64,000 nt of DNA from Macrostomum lignano (Eukaryota): NCBI GenBank assembly GCA_002269645.1, contig NIVC01001355.1:62001-126000 (forward strand). Reading direction: 5' to 3'. Position 1 is the first letter of the stretch. Each line of letters starts with the position of its first letter. A model generated the notes under the pieces. That model was not told the origin of the DNA and made no database searches. It saw only the letters and a list, made by a program, of their open reading frames with translations. Positions 25,380 through 38,888 of the stretch are shown here, piece by piece. A program made the position numbers and the translations under genes.

Positions 25380-26930
25380 TGCCCAAGCATGATTAAATAA
25401 ATTAAAATAAAATTTAACACTGAACAAATTATTTATATTAGGCCTAGTTCATGCAAATCTGAACCAATGGAGTTTGATAGAAATTTAATATGATTATTAT
25501 TATATTTCTTTTTGGGACAATTTTAATTTATACAATAGAGATTATTAGGCTTAGAATGATACAGGAATTTATAAGACCAAAGACTATTTAATAGGCCCCT
25601 AGCTTGTATTAGACTAATCATATAGTTATAATATTCTTAGTAGGCCTAACTTAAAGAACCTACTTTAATTTTTTTAATATATTGGTATATTATATAATTC
25701 AAGAATATAAATGAGGCTCAGCCACTAGAATTATGTATTGTCCCACTGAGAATAATATTTTATAGCATATGTATAGTATAAATTATAAAATGGTTAAAAG
25801 ACCTAGACCCAAATTGGATAGGCCTAGCATAGGCATAAATCATAAATATGGTCTAATAATATGGTCTGGCTCCAGAATAGATAATTAATTACCTAGCCAC
25901 TAATATAATAGGCCTAGTAATGTATTATAATAATTATTGATATTGTAGGGGCCTACATACATTGCATAGTTAAAAAACCTAGATAGGCCTAGTAATTATT
26001 AGTAGGCTTCATATCTTAGTTGAGACTGACTGACCAATCTTGATTCTTAAACTATAAAAAGCTTTGTAGCAGTTTTAATCCTTATTGTCATGAGATGTTG
26101 GCTATATGTGTCTGTGGCTGTAGTTGTGCATCGGGTCAGGCCCAGCCCAGGGCTGTTGGTAATTTTTTTAGTTGAGGACTGTTTAAGTTAGCTAAATTGC
26201 TACATTTATTGCATCCCAGACGAAATTCTCCACTGTCTCTACCATTACTATACCTACGAGGCTACGCACGAGTAAGTCAGTCAGTTAGGGCGTTCTGCAG
26301 TTGTAAAAGCTGCGCTGGAGGCTTAAAGCTGCCTGCACGCGAGGCTCACGCTGGTCGAGCATTAAATTTAAAGCAAAAATATTAAAATTAATCAAATATA
26401 ACAAAAAACAATGTTAGTTCAAAGGAACCAACATTTATATAATCCAATTGCTTGCAGTTAATAAAATGATTTATGTTTATCCATAATTTTTTTCTTTCCT
26501 ATGAGTAATTAGGTGAAGGTTGCACTTTGAGATAAATTATCATCGCATTCTGCCTTGAGTTCACAGATGTATACAGATGTACTTGAGTTCACAGATCTCC
26601 AAGGCAGAGTATAAAACTCTGCCTTGAGTTCACATGGCAGAGTTTGTAAGATGGAGCGCAACACTTAAAACAGATGTGCGCGTAACGCTTATCAAATAAA
26701 TGACAAAAAACATATTCTTCTTGTATAATTTATTAACCCGCAACCCCACAAAGCAGCGAAAGGAAGGCAAAGGCGGCGGGATGGCAGCGAGCACAAAGCA
26801 GCGACAGCGACGTGGTGGGGAGCCTGACCCGACCCCTTCGGATGTTGCATTTATTTTGCGCAATACACGTGCGTACGTCGATTTCAAAATTGATCGATAA
26901 AACTGGGGAGAATAAAACAAGAGAAATAAA

Positions 26931-27079
26931 AAATCGGAGCACTTGCACGCAGACGGTCAAGCCAGAAAATACTGGATTTAAGAACCCCGGCACGCGGCGG
27001 AGGGGGGCGGGGAGCTAGAGGTGGGCGAAGGGGGAGGGTTGGGGTTAACACACTTTACACTGAGGCCCACGGAGCAGGC
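26931..27079 (+). repeat. Interspersed GC-rich repeat, copy 1 (copy 2 at 58903-59055)
   Basis: gagcacttgcac...ggtcaagccagaaaatactgg...ttaagaacc...gcccacggagcaggc is shared between the two loci. Confidence 0.85.
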
Positions 27080-27282
27080 AACATTGAAAGTAGACAACAT
27101 TCAAACATTGCAGTTTGTGAGATATCAGTCCAGGGACAACTTAAACTACCGGGACGCGAAACAAGCCAAATCAAGTTAGTCAAGTTGGCGAAAAAAGTTG
27201 GGGGCTCGTTTGAGTCTATGGGCGCCGGATTTTTTCATGCAATAAATGCTTAGCTTAGCTGCTGAAAAGACTAAGGCCACAG

Positions 27283-27687
27283 TATTGGTTTTGTCAGCCT
27301 AACTGAGAATAAAGCCATCCAAAGTGAGAATCCTGCCTACGCTGACTGCGAAGGGCCTGGTTGCGTGCAGCCTTAGTCTATGGGCCATAGACAATAAAGG
27401 ACAAGCAAAGTGATAAAGAGCCATCCAATGTGAGAATCGATTGGTCTTTTAAAACTTTGCTTGTTCTTTATAGTCTATGGCTCATAGACTAGGCTGGACG
27501 CAGCTAGGCCCTTCGTATTCAGCGTAGGCAGGATTCTCACATTGGATGGCTTTTTATCACTTTGCTTGTCCTTTATAGTCTATGGCCCATAGACTAAGGC
27601 TGCACGCAGCCAGGCCCTTCGTATTCAGCGTAGGCAGGATTCTCACTTTGGATGGCTTTATTCTCAGTTAGGCTGACAAAACCAATA
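27283..27687. mobile_element. Foldback MITE: about 155-bp near-identical inverted arms (27283-27438 / 27532-27687) inside the P element
   Basis: The arms differ at only a handful of positions; the loop holds a partial extra copy of the arm. Confidence 0.85.
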
Positions 27688-28089
27688 TTATTTTTGCTTT
27701 AAAAGGTTCAGTAAGTTGTCTAAAAGGTATTTTATTCAGTTTTAATTTACAGATATGACGGTTCACACCAAAGAGTATTGAGGTCGCCTAGTATAGAGTG
27801 CCAATAAGGACGAAAATCTGAAGCCGATTTTTAGAATCCACCCACCCCCTCCGGTCACCAAGCTTTTTAGTCTATGGCACAAGTTGTGGCTAGAATGGTG
27901 TACAAAGCCGATGCTCAGAAATATAAGACATTTCACACTTAGAAAATGCATGTATTAAATAAGCAAGACAACATCGCTCAGTCACCAGACTCAGTTGCCG
28001 TCGTCGATACACAACTCCGTAACAGCCATGCCATATAGCCCTTACGTCTGAACAACAACAGCCTTGCCACTAAAGTGCGCGGTAGCTAA

Positions 28090-28760
28090 TTGCAATAACT
28101 GCGTTTCTGATGCATCTGTATTAATCTTCAGCATCGGCTTTGGAATTTACCATCTGTAAACACGGGTTTGGTGATTTTCGCCACAATTGGAGTCGAGAGT
28201 ATGCCGGCCGATAGGTAGACACAGATAGACCGCAGGCGTCTCCATGAAGCAGTTTGGTTTGCCTCTCCTGAAACCAGTCGTCAAATAGCTTTAGTGCCCA
28301 TCGTTCCTTCCGGCGTGTCGATTCCGGCACAGCAGCGTCAATCCTTTCAGCAACCTCGTTATCGGACAGTAAAGCAAATCTAGAAGCCTCGTTTTCTCTC
28401 AATTCAATGTCATTCAACCAGTCGAAAGCGAGTTCCAAGTCGTGTTCAATGATTCTCAGTTCTCTCTGATTTCCTCTAGCTGCCCAAACCTTTCCTTTCT
28501 CGCTTTTAATTTAAGGATCGAATATTTTACTTTAAATTTTGTCTATGGTTAAATGGGGGGGCCCGCTTTTGACGAATACCTCACTCCCACTCCCAGTCGC
28601 TTCCAATATCTGTAGATTAAGTACGATCTTCGTCTGTTCTTTTGGTGTCTATTGCAGAAAGACCTCGGACGCAATTCTAAGGCCTCGGCTTCGCCTCGGC
28701 CTGAGAACAGCGTCCTCGGCCTTTCTCTGCCATAGGAACCAAAAGAACAGACAAAGATTA
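28090..28760 (-). mobile_element. Crypton-like (DUF3504 tyrosine recombinase) internally deleted fragment with an upstream hairpin, nested in the P element
   Basis: ORF 28438-28121 RFALLSDNEVAERIDAAVPESTRRKERWALKLFDDWFQER resembles the CryptonA/ZMYM-type N-terminal segment; a shifted frame gives LPIGRHTLDS/IVAKIT...DGKF, resembling the PIGxNTL motif; hairpin 28626-28758 has a central CCTCGGCTTCGCCTCGG. Family assignment is from recalled motifs, not a search. Confidence 0.55.
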
Positions 28761-29317
28761 TATACTTAAATATTGTTTTTTTGAGTACTAAAAAACGCCC
28801 GTACAGAGCACAATGACATACAACTAGACACGCGAGATATTCACGAAGAAAAGGTTTAAACTTAGCATGGTGTATAGATCGTGAAACGGAACTGAGCATA
28901 ACTTATTTGAGGAGGAACTTATACGGGGACCTGTATACTGTATAGGAAAAACTGGGGTACTGAGCGAAAATTACATATATTTAAGCATGTGAGATAAGCA
29001 CAAGAGAAAAAAGTTTTAAAGCATGAGATGATGTGTGTACAAAAGTACAAGGCAACTCGTACTCGCAGAATAGAACACAGAAAATCAGGACTAAACAGAA
29101 CGAATTTTAGGAGGAACCCAGATGAGGAGCAGCTAGATATGAAAGATTTCGGATTGAAAAATTTGAAACTCCAAAGACAGAATACTAAAAACTATACGGC
29201 AAATTCACTGGCCTCCCAGTTTGCGTAGCTTTCTGTCGTGCGATGTAGTCGGCACAGGTGCAACCTTCGATGAGCGCTTTACCAGGCCTTTAAAATAAAC
29301 ATTCGTAAGCCGACGAC

Positions 29318-30041
29318 TTATACTGCCGTGTCTATGGAGCCGTCGCACTTCAGTGCTGCAACAACCTTTTCATTGAAGACTTGGAGAGCGAGTGTTACCT
29401 TCGTTTTTCTGTATGCTTGAACTGAAGGATAGCAAGCTTCGTGGGTTAATTCCGTTCGTTTGACAACGTGATATTCTTCTGATTTGTACAGTCGGATCAC
29501 GTCCATCATCCATCTGGCCGATATAACTGTCTGCACCTGGCGGTTGAATAGTTAAGGTTCCATTGGATTCAGTTTGCCAATTGTTGCAAGTCTCGAATCA
29601 AAACTGGCGTATGCATAATGAATGCGCGAACGGAGAAGTTTGGGGCAATAAAAACTGTCTGTCCGTCTGTATCAAGCACGAAGAGGGAAAGCCAGAGAAG
29701 ATGGAAGGCGGATCTTTCGGTCTTTCATGTCGACCATTCTTTAACATGAGGTGTCACTTAGCCAGTGCTTTTGGCGTAAGTCCTTGTTTTCAGTCACTTT
29801 CTAGAATGGTAAATTTTATCGCAGTGGTTATTTTTAGCAATTAGTTTGTAATAAATTCATCCACGCATACCAGCGTATGATCGCTTAGAATTAACATCCT
29901 TCTTACCTCAAAAATATTTGGTAGGGTTTGTCTCCAACGCTCATGTTCTCGTGAATCTCAAGGAAGAGCAAAAATCGTTGTTCGGCTTTCTTCTGAGTTT
30001 TAGTTTGATCTGCAGTTAAAGACGCTGCACTTTCTCGACAT
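29318..30041 (-). pseudogene. P-element transposase remnant: THAP domain (30041 to about 29850) and central fragments with stops and frameshifts
   Basis: MSRKCSVFNCRSN*NSEESRTTIFALP*DSREHERWRQTLPN...LVCVDEF (THAP pattern); NNWQTE; TELTHEACYPSVQAYRKTKVTLALQVFNEKVVAAL (P-transposase motif). Confidence 0.85.
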
Positions 30042-30689
30042 TTTTCACAGTCGCACAAGAGTTGAGGGCTGTTTATTTGCCCTCACACCCCTTTAGACTG
30101 AAGAGTTGCAGTTGGAACGGCCATAGAACACTGCTTTCAAACGAGCCCCCAACTTTTTTCACCATGATTTGGCTTGTTTCGCGTCCCGGTAGTTTAAGTT
30201 GTCCCTGTATCAGTCGCAACCATGGATCGCCAGAATCTCGATTTTTTTGGTCCTAGCCATAGACAAGCACCAGCATCACAAGAAGCCCAGAATGCCGTAC
30301 TTTCACCCTGCATATATTGCGAGCATGTGCTTGGACATAAAATAGAATACTTATAAATAAAGGTTTGCAGCTTCTGCAGCGGCTATTTGTCTATGTGTGA
30401 AAGTACTTGACAAGGTACTTTATGCAGTGGAGTCAAATTAAGGTGGCAGGTTGGAACTCATTCATTGTTAGCCCTGAATGTTGTTGTCTTTTTGCATTTT
30501 TTGCTGTTTGTTCGTTCAAAAAATGTTACTTATTATCCGGACGGAATTTTGCAAGGAAAAATAAATCTACACGTATATGAAGCTAGCTAATTACATGTAC
30601 ATGTACATGTATGCTATAACGAAAATGATTAACTTTTGTTCTTTTTCTGATTAATTCAACGGCGAACGAGTCTTTTCTAATTTACTGTC

Positions 30690-30925
30690 TCTACTCATAT
30701 ATGCAAATGGACTGTATATGCAAAGTGATTTGTTACTGTCCTCGTTGAAGCAGAATCAGAATCTACTGGTAGGGTTCTCTACGGTAGATTAGAAGCACAT
30801 TTTACGAGTATTACATGTAGTTTTCTACGCAAATTCTTCTCGATCTGGGGTAGATCGAGGGTAAAATCCAAGACGGTATTCAAAAGACTAATCTTTTCGA
30901 AATTGAGAAAAACATAACAGTTTTT
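30690..30925 (-). mobile_element. Possible PIF/Harbinger-ISL2EU transposase relic (HTH_Tnp_4-like)
   Basis: Minus-frame translation LLNTVLDF...RKLHVILVKCASNLP*RTL...SASTRTVTNHF weakly resembles the HTH of DDE_Tnp_4 transposases; no TIR identified. Confidence 0.3.
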
Positions 30926-33900
30926 TCAAAGTAATGTAAATTTTGAATAGCCTTTAAAAAACACATTGCTTCAGAATAGCAAATAATCGAGGCTAGTATT
31001 GTCAACTTAGTTCTAAAAATCTGGAGAATTCCAAACTGGCACATTTATTTATGACGATTCAACGCAGCGAAAACCGGCCTGCAGTGAAATTCAGGTCCAG
31101 GACATATTGCACTGTCCCAAATTCGACTGCTACTATCTGACCTCCCTTTAATCCTACGAACCACAACCCTAACATCAAATAGTAGCAGTCAAATGTGACG
31201 ATTCTGACGATTTTTTGAGAGTGTACGTAGCGTCCTTCTATTTTAGCTGTCCATGACAACGCATGGCATGTATATTCGATTAACATATATAGGATTCTAT
31301 GATACACCACTGTACATATATATGGCTGGATGTGAACCAGACTAACAGAAAATCTATGCAAACAAAAATCTACAAAAAGTGTGACCCTGGTAGTTCCACA
31401 TAAGCTGCAGAAGCGACCATCCGCCTATCCGCCCATTTATTTAGCATTGATTCTCAGCTAGCGTCGACCGACTTTGTCTGTGGTGAAACTCCATTCAGCG
31501 CTGTGCTCTCTACATGGATGGACACCATCCTGGCCGTCCTTCAGTCCGATGCACTGCCCGACTGTTACAGGCTCGACTGTGGCAGGCGGTGGTCACGAGA
31601 ACTTTCTGTTGACGTACAACGCTAAGACTTGGACTGCGGGTGGGCCGCCATGAGGAGGCTTTTCACCATCGCCTCCTTGCCCAGGTCAGAGACCGACTCC
31701 ATCCCTAGACGTTTGCAGAGGACGTCCCAACGCGCACAACTCCACCAGTGGTCTTTACTTTCGCACTCACCGCAATACCTACAAGCCACCACCGGCTCCA
31801 AATTGACCTTCTGCCTTCAGTAACTGGTGTATCCGCAGTGTCCCATCCTAAGCTGTGCCAATAACGTTGCCGTCCGTCTACCGGCTTCAGCCTGCTAGAT
31901 CCTGCTCTATCGACTGCTCTAAGTCGCGCATCGAACGTCTCGGGTCTCCAACGGTTTTACAGATGCATTTTCATCACCTCGAACCCCACAGCCGTTCTGC
32001 TCCGGTCTAGTTGCGCCACTTACTTTGCTAACTCATCCGCTCTGGTTATTGCTGTTAGAGAATACTAAATGCACTGGCAACACGACAAATAACCCTCCTA
32101 ACCGGCCTCTAATCCATTTCTAAAAAATCGAGTGCAGCATCCTTCTACAGTTTGGTTTTTCAGCTATAATCTAAAGTTCGAAATCATATTTGATACATAT
32201 CGATATTCTAGATCAAACTTTCATTATAATAGTTGAGGCTTTCAAATAGTTCACTAACAGTTAGGCTAATAGTTAAGCTAACATTTTCAAATAAACAAGC
32301 CGGATGTATTGCTGCAGATCGAGGAATCGCATATTTATTTAAAATTGAACTGAAATAATGTGTATGAGTATTATTCGTAAGGCAATATAGTAAACTTGGG
32401 TAACACAATTGAATAAGCAGCAGTTAAAATTGATCGATTTGTTTTAACCAGCTCGCGTAGTTTTAGCTGCTGTCGACCGGGGCTACGCTCGTACCTGGAA
32501 TTGGTTAATTGAGATGTTTTATGCACAGATTAATTTTTACCAAGTGCACATTAGATAGCTACATATGCGCAGAATCGGGGATTTAGGGAATATTTAGTTG
32601 GTCTCCGCTTCAAGCATTTCCCGCCCGGTTGATACGTTGAGGTTGTCTGGTGCCAGCGCCAGAGACCGCCTGCGTGATGCTACCAGGACGGCTAATTGGC
32701 GTCCCTGGCTGGCTGGGAATCGCACCAGAAAACCTGACATATCACGGGGCGAGGCGGCGGCAGCTACTCGGCACTCCATCTCGCGCGTTGACCGCTCGAT
32801 ACACCAGCCGGCAAGCTTATCTACAGAGAGTTCAATTGACTTTGAGCCGTGCCGCTACTGCCGATACCGAACGAATTCGCGAATGCTTCTCTCGAGTTAC
32901 AGCTGGTGGTTGAGGAAAAGAGAAAAAGAAAATACATAGACCAGAGAGGGAGAGAGAGAGACTGGCGGCGTGGATCCGGATAATTTGAGCATTTTATAGA
33001 CACAACTCGAGAGTAGACTTCCCCCTCGCTCCATTCGGTCTGGCCTGTTGCCCGACGCTGAGGGGGTTGAAGGCACAGTCCCCGGGTGAGGGAGTTCCGT
33101 CTAGGATGGAGGTTATGGGGTGCCGCTGTGGGGGAGGGGTAGAGGGGGACCGAGGGGGAGCTTGGAGGAAGCAAATTGAGCTCAGAGGGGGGAGGGGGTG
33201 GTTCGAGGATTCGAAGCGCGGGTCTGTGAGGAGTGGCGGCGGCCAGCTGCCAGCGCTTATCGGTCAGATGATAAAGCAGCAGCAGCAGGAGCAGCAGCAC
33301 TCGCTAGTCCAAAAGCCGCTGAAGGGAGCCGCTGCCACTACAGACGGTTCTCCCACTTGTTTAGGAGCGGAACGCATAGAGCAGATAGGCGGATGAATGC
33401 GGGACGGGGGGGGGCAACCAGTGCCAGCTTTGACTGAAGCTCGGAAACACTGGCAGGCACGGAGTCTACATGGCGGGTTGGGGGTGGGGACTCAAGATGA
33501 GAAAGGATACGAGCTCGATTCTGATGGGTGATGATCCAACTGAATGGTGGAGCGAGAGAGGGGGAGTCATCCAACACAGTTGCCCCCACCAGATCCACTT
33601 GTTGACTTATGGGAATTGGAATAATTTACCCCCACTCCCTTTGCCCAGATCAGCCAGGATCCCAAGCCAGCCCCCCGCAAGTCTCCCAGAGGGATCCCAG
33701 CCCGGTTTTCTAAGCTTAGCCCACCCGGAAGTCAGCCATCATTGCCAAGCTGCGGGGCCCAGCCGCAAACGGATGGCCCACGGTCGAACCCAGCCAGTCC
33801 CAAATGTGATGACCAAGGGCTAATTATTATTCCAAACGATAAAAAACAACGCGACGCAAAAACTACCGCCTGGTCCCTACATTTTTTGATAGCGGCCTGG

Positions 33901-34031
33901 AGGTCACTCTTGACCCCCCCCCCTGACAGCGCTTATGCTCAATTGGGATTCAGCCTCATCTACATCGAGGGAAGGGAGCGGTATGAGCAGCGCTGACGGC
34001 TCAGTTCCGACCATCTGGCGTCGACTTATCC

Positions 34032-34071
<40 letters not shown>

Positions 34072-34675
34072 CTCTCTCCTAGGCTTGGCAATCTGCCGGA
34101 TTCAATGTGAATGAAGCGGCATTTGGCAAGCGCAAATATATGGAAAAAATATCGAGCACAACGCCCAGTGAGTCTCGAAATTGGAGCTTCCAGCTAAAAT
34201 GCAGACTAATTCATCAGCTGTACAAAACTGGCGAGGTGCACCGTAAAATTTCTGATATACGAGTATTCACTGCAGATAGAGGTGCTTTCAGTGAAGCTCG
34301 TTTGAGGAGTTTGTACGAGAGTAACTCCAGAAATCATAAGAAATCATAAGAAAGAAGAAGGCACATTTTTGCTCTAACAAATCGATACGATAGAAAAGTT
34401 TTTCAATTTGTTTAGCCGTTTTTGCAGTTAGCGAAACTGACTACTATTCTTTCTTTGCTAAGTAGTATCCTGAATTTTTCTTAAAATTTATCGAAAAAAG
34501 CCTTCGAAAAATGCATTTAAAACTTTTGAGTGAGTGGTTGGCACTATCCCCTTGATGCGTCGGAAAGAATGACGGAGTTAGGAGAGAACTGGTTTACAAA
34601 ACACCAAAACTGTTTTTCAGGAGTGCAGACTTCCGAACTGCTTTGTATCATTGAATAGAGTTAGAAAAATATCAA

Positions 34676-36201
<1,526 letters not shown>

Positions 36202-36968
36202 CCTATCGAGGTCTAAACAGCAATTCAGAAAGGAAGGGTAGCCTGCCAAAGAGAATAATTTAAGGCTACGGTAGTACAAAATGCAGAGCAGATATTGCCT
36301 ACGGGCGGCTGAACCCGAGGACGCCAGCTGCCTTCAAGCCATGCTGTAATAAAAGCGTCCGAAAATTTCCTCTAATGACTGTTGGGTCAGCTCCGAGAGT
36401 CCATTTTCCATGCAACTGCCTCCATGCTCGATAATGCGCAGCCTAATTCTCTCTCTGTGTGTGCTCTGCAGTCTACCCTTAGAATCAGCTGCTGCAGGAA
36501 TGGATACAAATTCCCCACAACCGCAAACCCCTCTTCCATTGCTTCACTCCTCACTAACCTACTGAGCGGATAGCTAGTAATAGATTTTGTACAGACCGTG
36601 CTAACGCAGGGGGGGGGGCAGTCCCTCGGGAGGAAATAGGAAGGGGGGAATTAGCTAATTGGACTGACTGACCGGAGAATACAGAGGAGATAGGTGCGCT
36701 CGGATGGATTTAACAGATTGAGAAGTTCTCGCCAGTTTACTGCCAGCTATTTCCCCTCTGTCACCGGGACCCATCGTCTTCGCCCTACGGCTCAGCGCTC
36801 GCATAGGCAGCCGAGAGAGCTGCTCGAATAGTCATACGAAGAAATCCTCTAGAGGATTTTAATCCCCCTTTTCCTCCCTCTTATTTCATGGCGCGTCTGT
36901 CGCCTCTACTGCACCCTCTAAATATATTCCAGAAGGAAATTGATGGGGGAATGGCAGGACAGGGCTCA

Positions 36969-36971
<3 letters not shown>

Positions 36972-37033
<62 letters not shown>
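36972..37033. repeat. (CT)n microsatellite
   Basis: Directly visible. Confidence 0.98.
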
Positions 37034-37038
<5 letters not shown>

Positions 37039-38888
37039 AGACTGAGGCAATGCATTTTGTAGATGAAGAGACCGGATGCTGACTGATGATGGGGACTATA
37101 GATTTATAGGCATCTCGGGGGGGAAGAGGAAGAGAATGAGAAGAAAATAATTAACAGCCTGCCTGCCGATGCGAGCGAGCCGTGATATACACTCGCAGAG
37201 AGCTTTTGGAGACAAGCCATCAGAGCAGCATTTCGGTTGGCTGCTGCTGCGAAAAGTGCAGCAGATCGAGTTTTTTGCTGCGGACAGGTGGCCGAATATT
37301 TGCAGTGTTTTTTGTAACAAACAGGCCTTTCTATCTGCTTTAGCTATAAAGATATGACTGTCCTCACCGGTAGGTTTGCCTGCAGGATCGGCAGAAGCAG
37401 CACCTTCTGAACCGGCTGTGGGCAGTTCGACTCGGCGCGGATGATGAGGCTCGCCAGCTGCATGATGAGGTGTCGCACTAAAAGTTCGATTACTATAGTT
37501 TAGCCTCAGTGCGTCAAGTTTTTCAAACGGAAAAGTCATATACATAATCAGTTTTTGCTAGTAAAAATCTAAATTTGCTATTTAATGTAACGCCACACGA
37601 TAAATTTCTCATAATTCAAGCATTTTTGCTGCTTCAACTATTCGTATCAGACTTCAGTCATTCAGATACAATGCAGCAGACCAATACTAAAGGTAGCTAG
37701 CCATCGGATTCCAACGGGCGGATGGGAAGGGACTGATATTTCTACTGAACAACCAAGGCCACTCTGTACTTTAGATTGCTCAAGCCAGCGGACGAGGCTG
37801 CGTGACCCGGCGGTGAGGCATGAGTTCTGTGTCCTTATTAAGAAAACACAATTTTCTGTCTCCACTTCTCCGATATTCCCCCATTTCCCAGCCGCGGATG
37901 CATTGACAGCATTGGCTGATAGAGCGACTGCAGATGAACTCAGCGGGCAGTCGCTGGCTGTGTGACTAAACTGACTGCTTCCAGTTGAATTGCTGAAATC
38001 AAGCCTACAGAAACTCTTGCTCCCACTAGGAGACAATTGACTGGCCGGGCCCCGGCAGCCGGGTTTGCATCTGCTAGCTAATTTCTGGAAGCGAGACCCC
38101 AAGGGATAGACACAAGTGTGCCGCGCACCCTATTGAGGCCGGAGTTGGTCAATAGCAATGCATAAATAATCATAATTTGCGCTGAGGAAAGAGGGGGCCG
38201 CTCTAAAAAACCCTTGGTCTCTTTTATATTCTCCAGACTTCTCTCTCAGTACTCAACTTACCCAACTGTGCTCAAATTTCCCAGTTTACCAGTAGGCCCC
38301 AACAGTCCTCTGCTCCAGCTCATTCACCGCCTCCCAGCCCACGGTCCGCCCCTTTAGTTTTTGAATCCTCTCAGACCTGCACTGCGGCTTGCCGTGTTGG
38401 ACCACCCCCCCCCCTACTCCCAGTGCCACCCTTCCCGCTAACCAGGAGCTCAAAGTCAACCCCCACCCTCATCCAGAACGGGTTGGCCAGCAGGGAGAAA
38501 GGGATTCACAGGCAACCCTAGAGAGTACAGGAAGAGCTCAGTGCTCTGCCAATGAGGTACTTGAGCAGCTGCATCCTCTGTTCCTATCCGCTGCCTCCCT
38601 CCTCGGGTCTCCCCACCTCTGGTCCAGTGCTTTCCATACGAACCAACATTCAGGGAGGGGGGTGAGGGGGGGCGGGGTCGAGGCTGAGCCCAGGGAGGGG
38701 ATGTAGCCTGCAGCAAGCGCGCTACGCTACGCAAAGGCAGTTTAAATAACGATTGCCGGCAAACAGTGCGCGACCGCTTGCCGCCTGATTTATTCATGCC
38801 TTAATCAGCAAAATATCAAATTGGATTACAGAGGTGACAGGCGTAGGAGAGCGACAGATTAAGGTAGTTAAGAATTCTTAAAGAGACA

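Larger units (their letters stand above)
27131..30207 (-). mobile_element. P-element superfamily DNA transposon (3077 bp), decayed, with nested insertions
   Basis: Perfect 43-bp TIR CAGGGACAACTTAAACTACCGGGACGCGAAACAAGCCAAATCA (27131-27173 / 30165-30207), further subterminal match aaaaaagttgggggctcgtttga, and perfect 8-bp TSD TATCAGTC (27123-27130 / 30208-30215). Confidence 0.95.

Noticed and set aside
31400-32050. GC-rich stretch with GWAAMRRL, a possible LINE 3' fragment
   Set aside because: A single weak motif; it cannot be distinguished from chance.
32590-34000. Cluster of 60-160 aa GC-rich ORFs upstream of alpha-2/delta
   Set aside because: Low-complexity and overlapping on both strands, with no recognisable domain or splice pattern.
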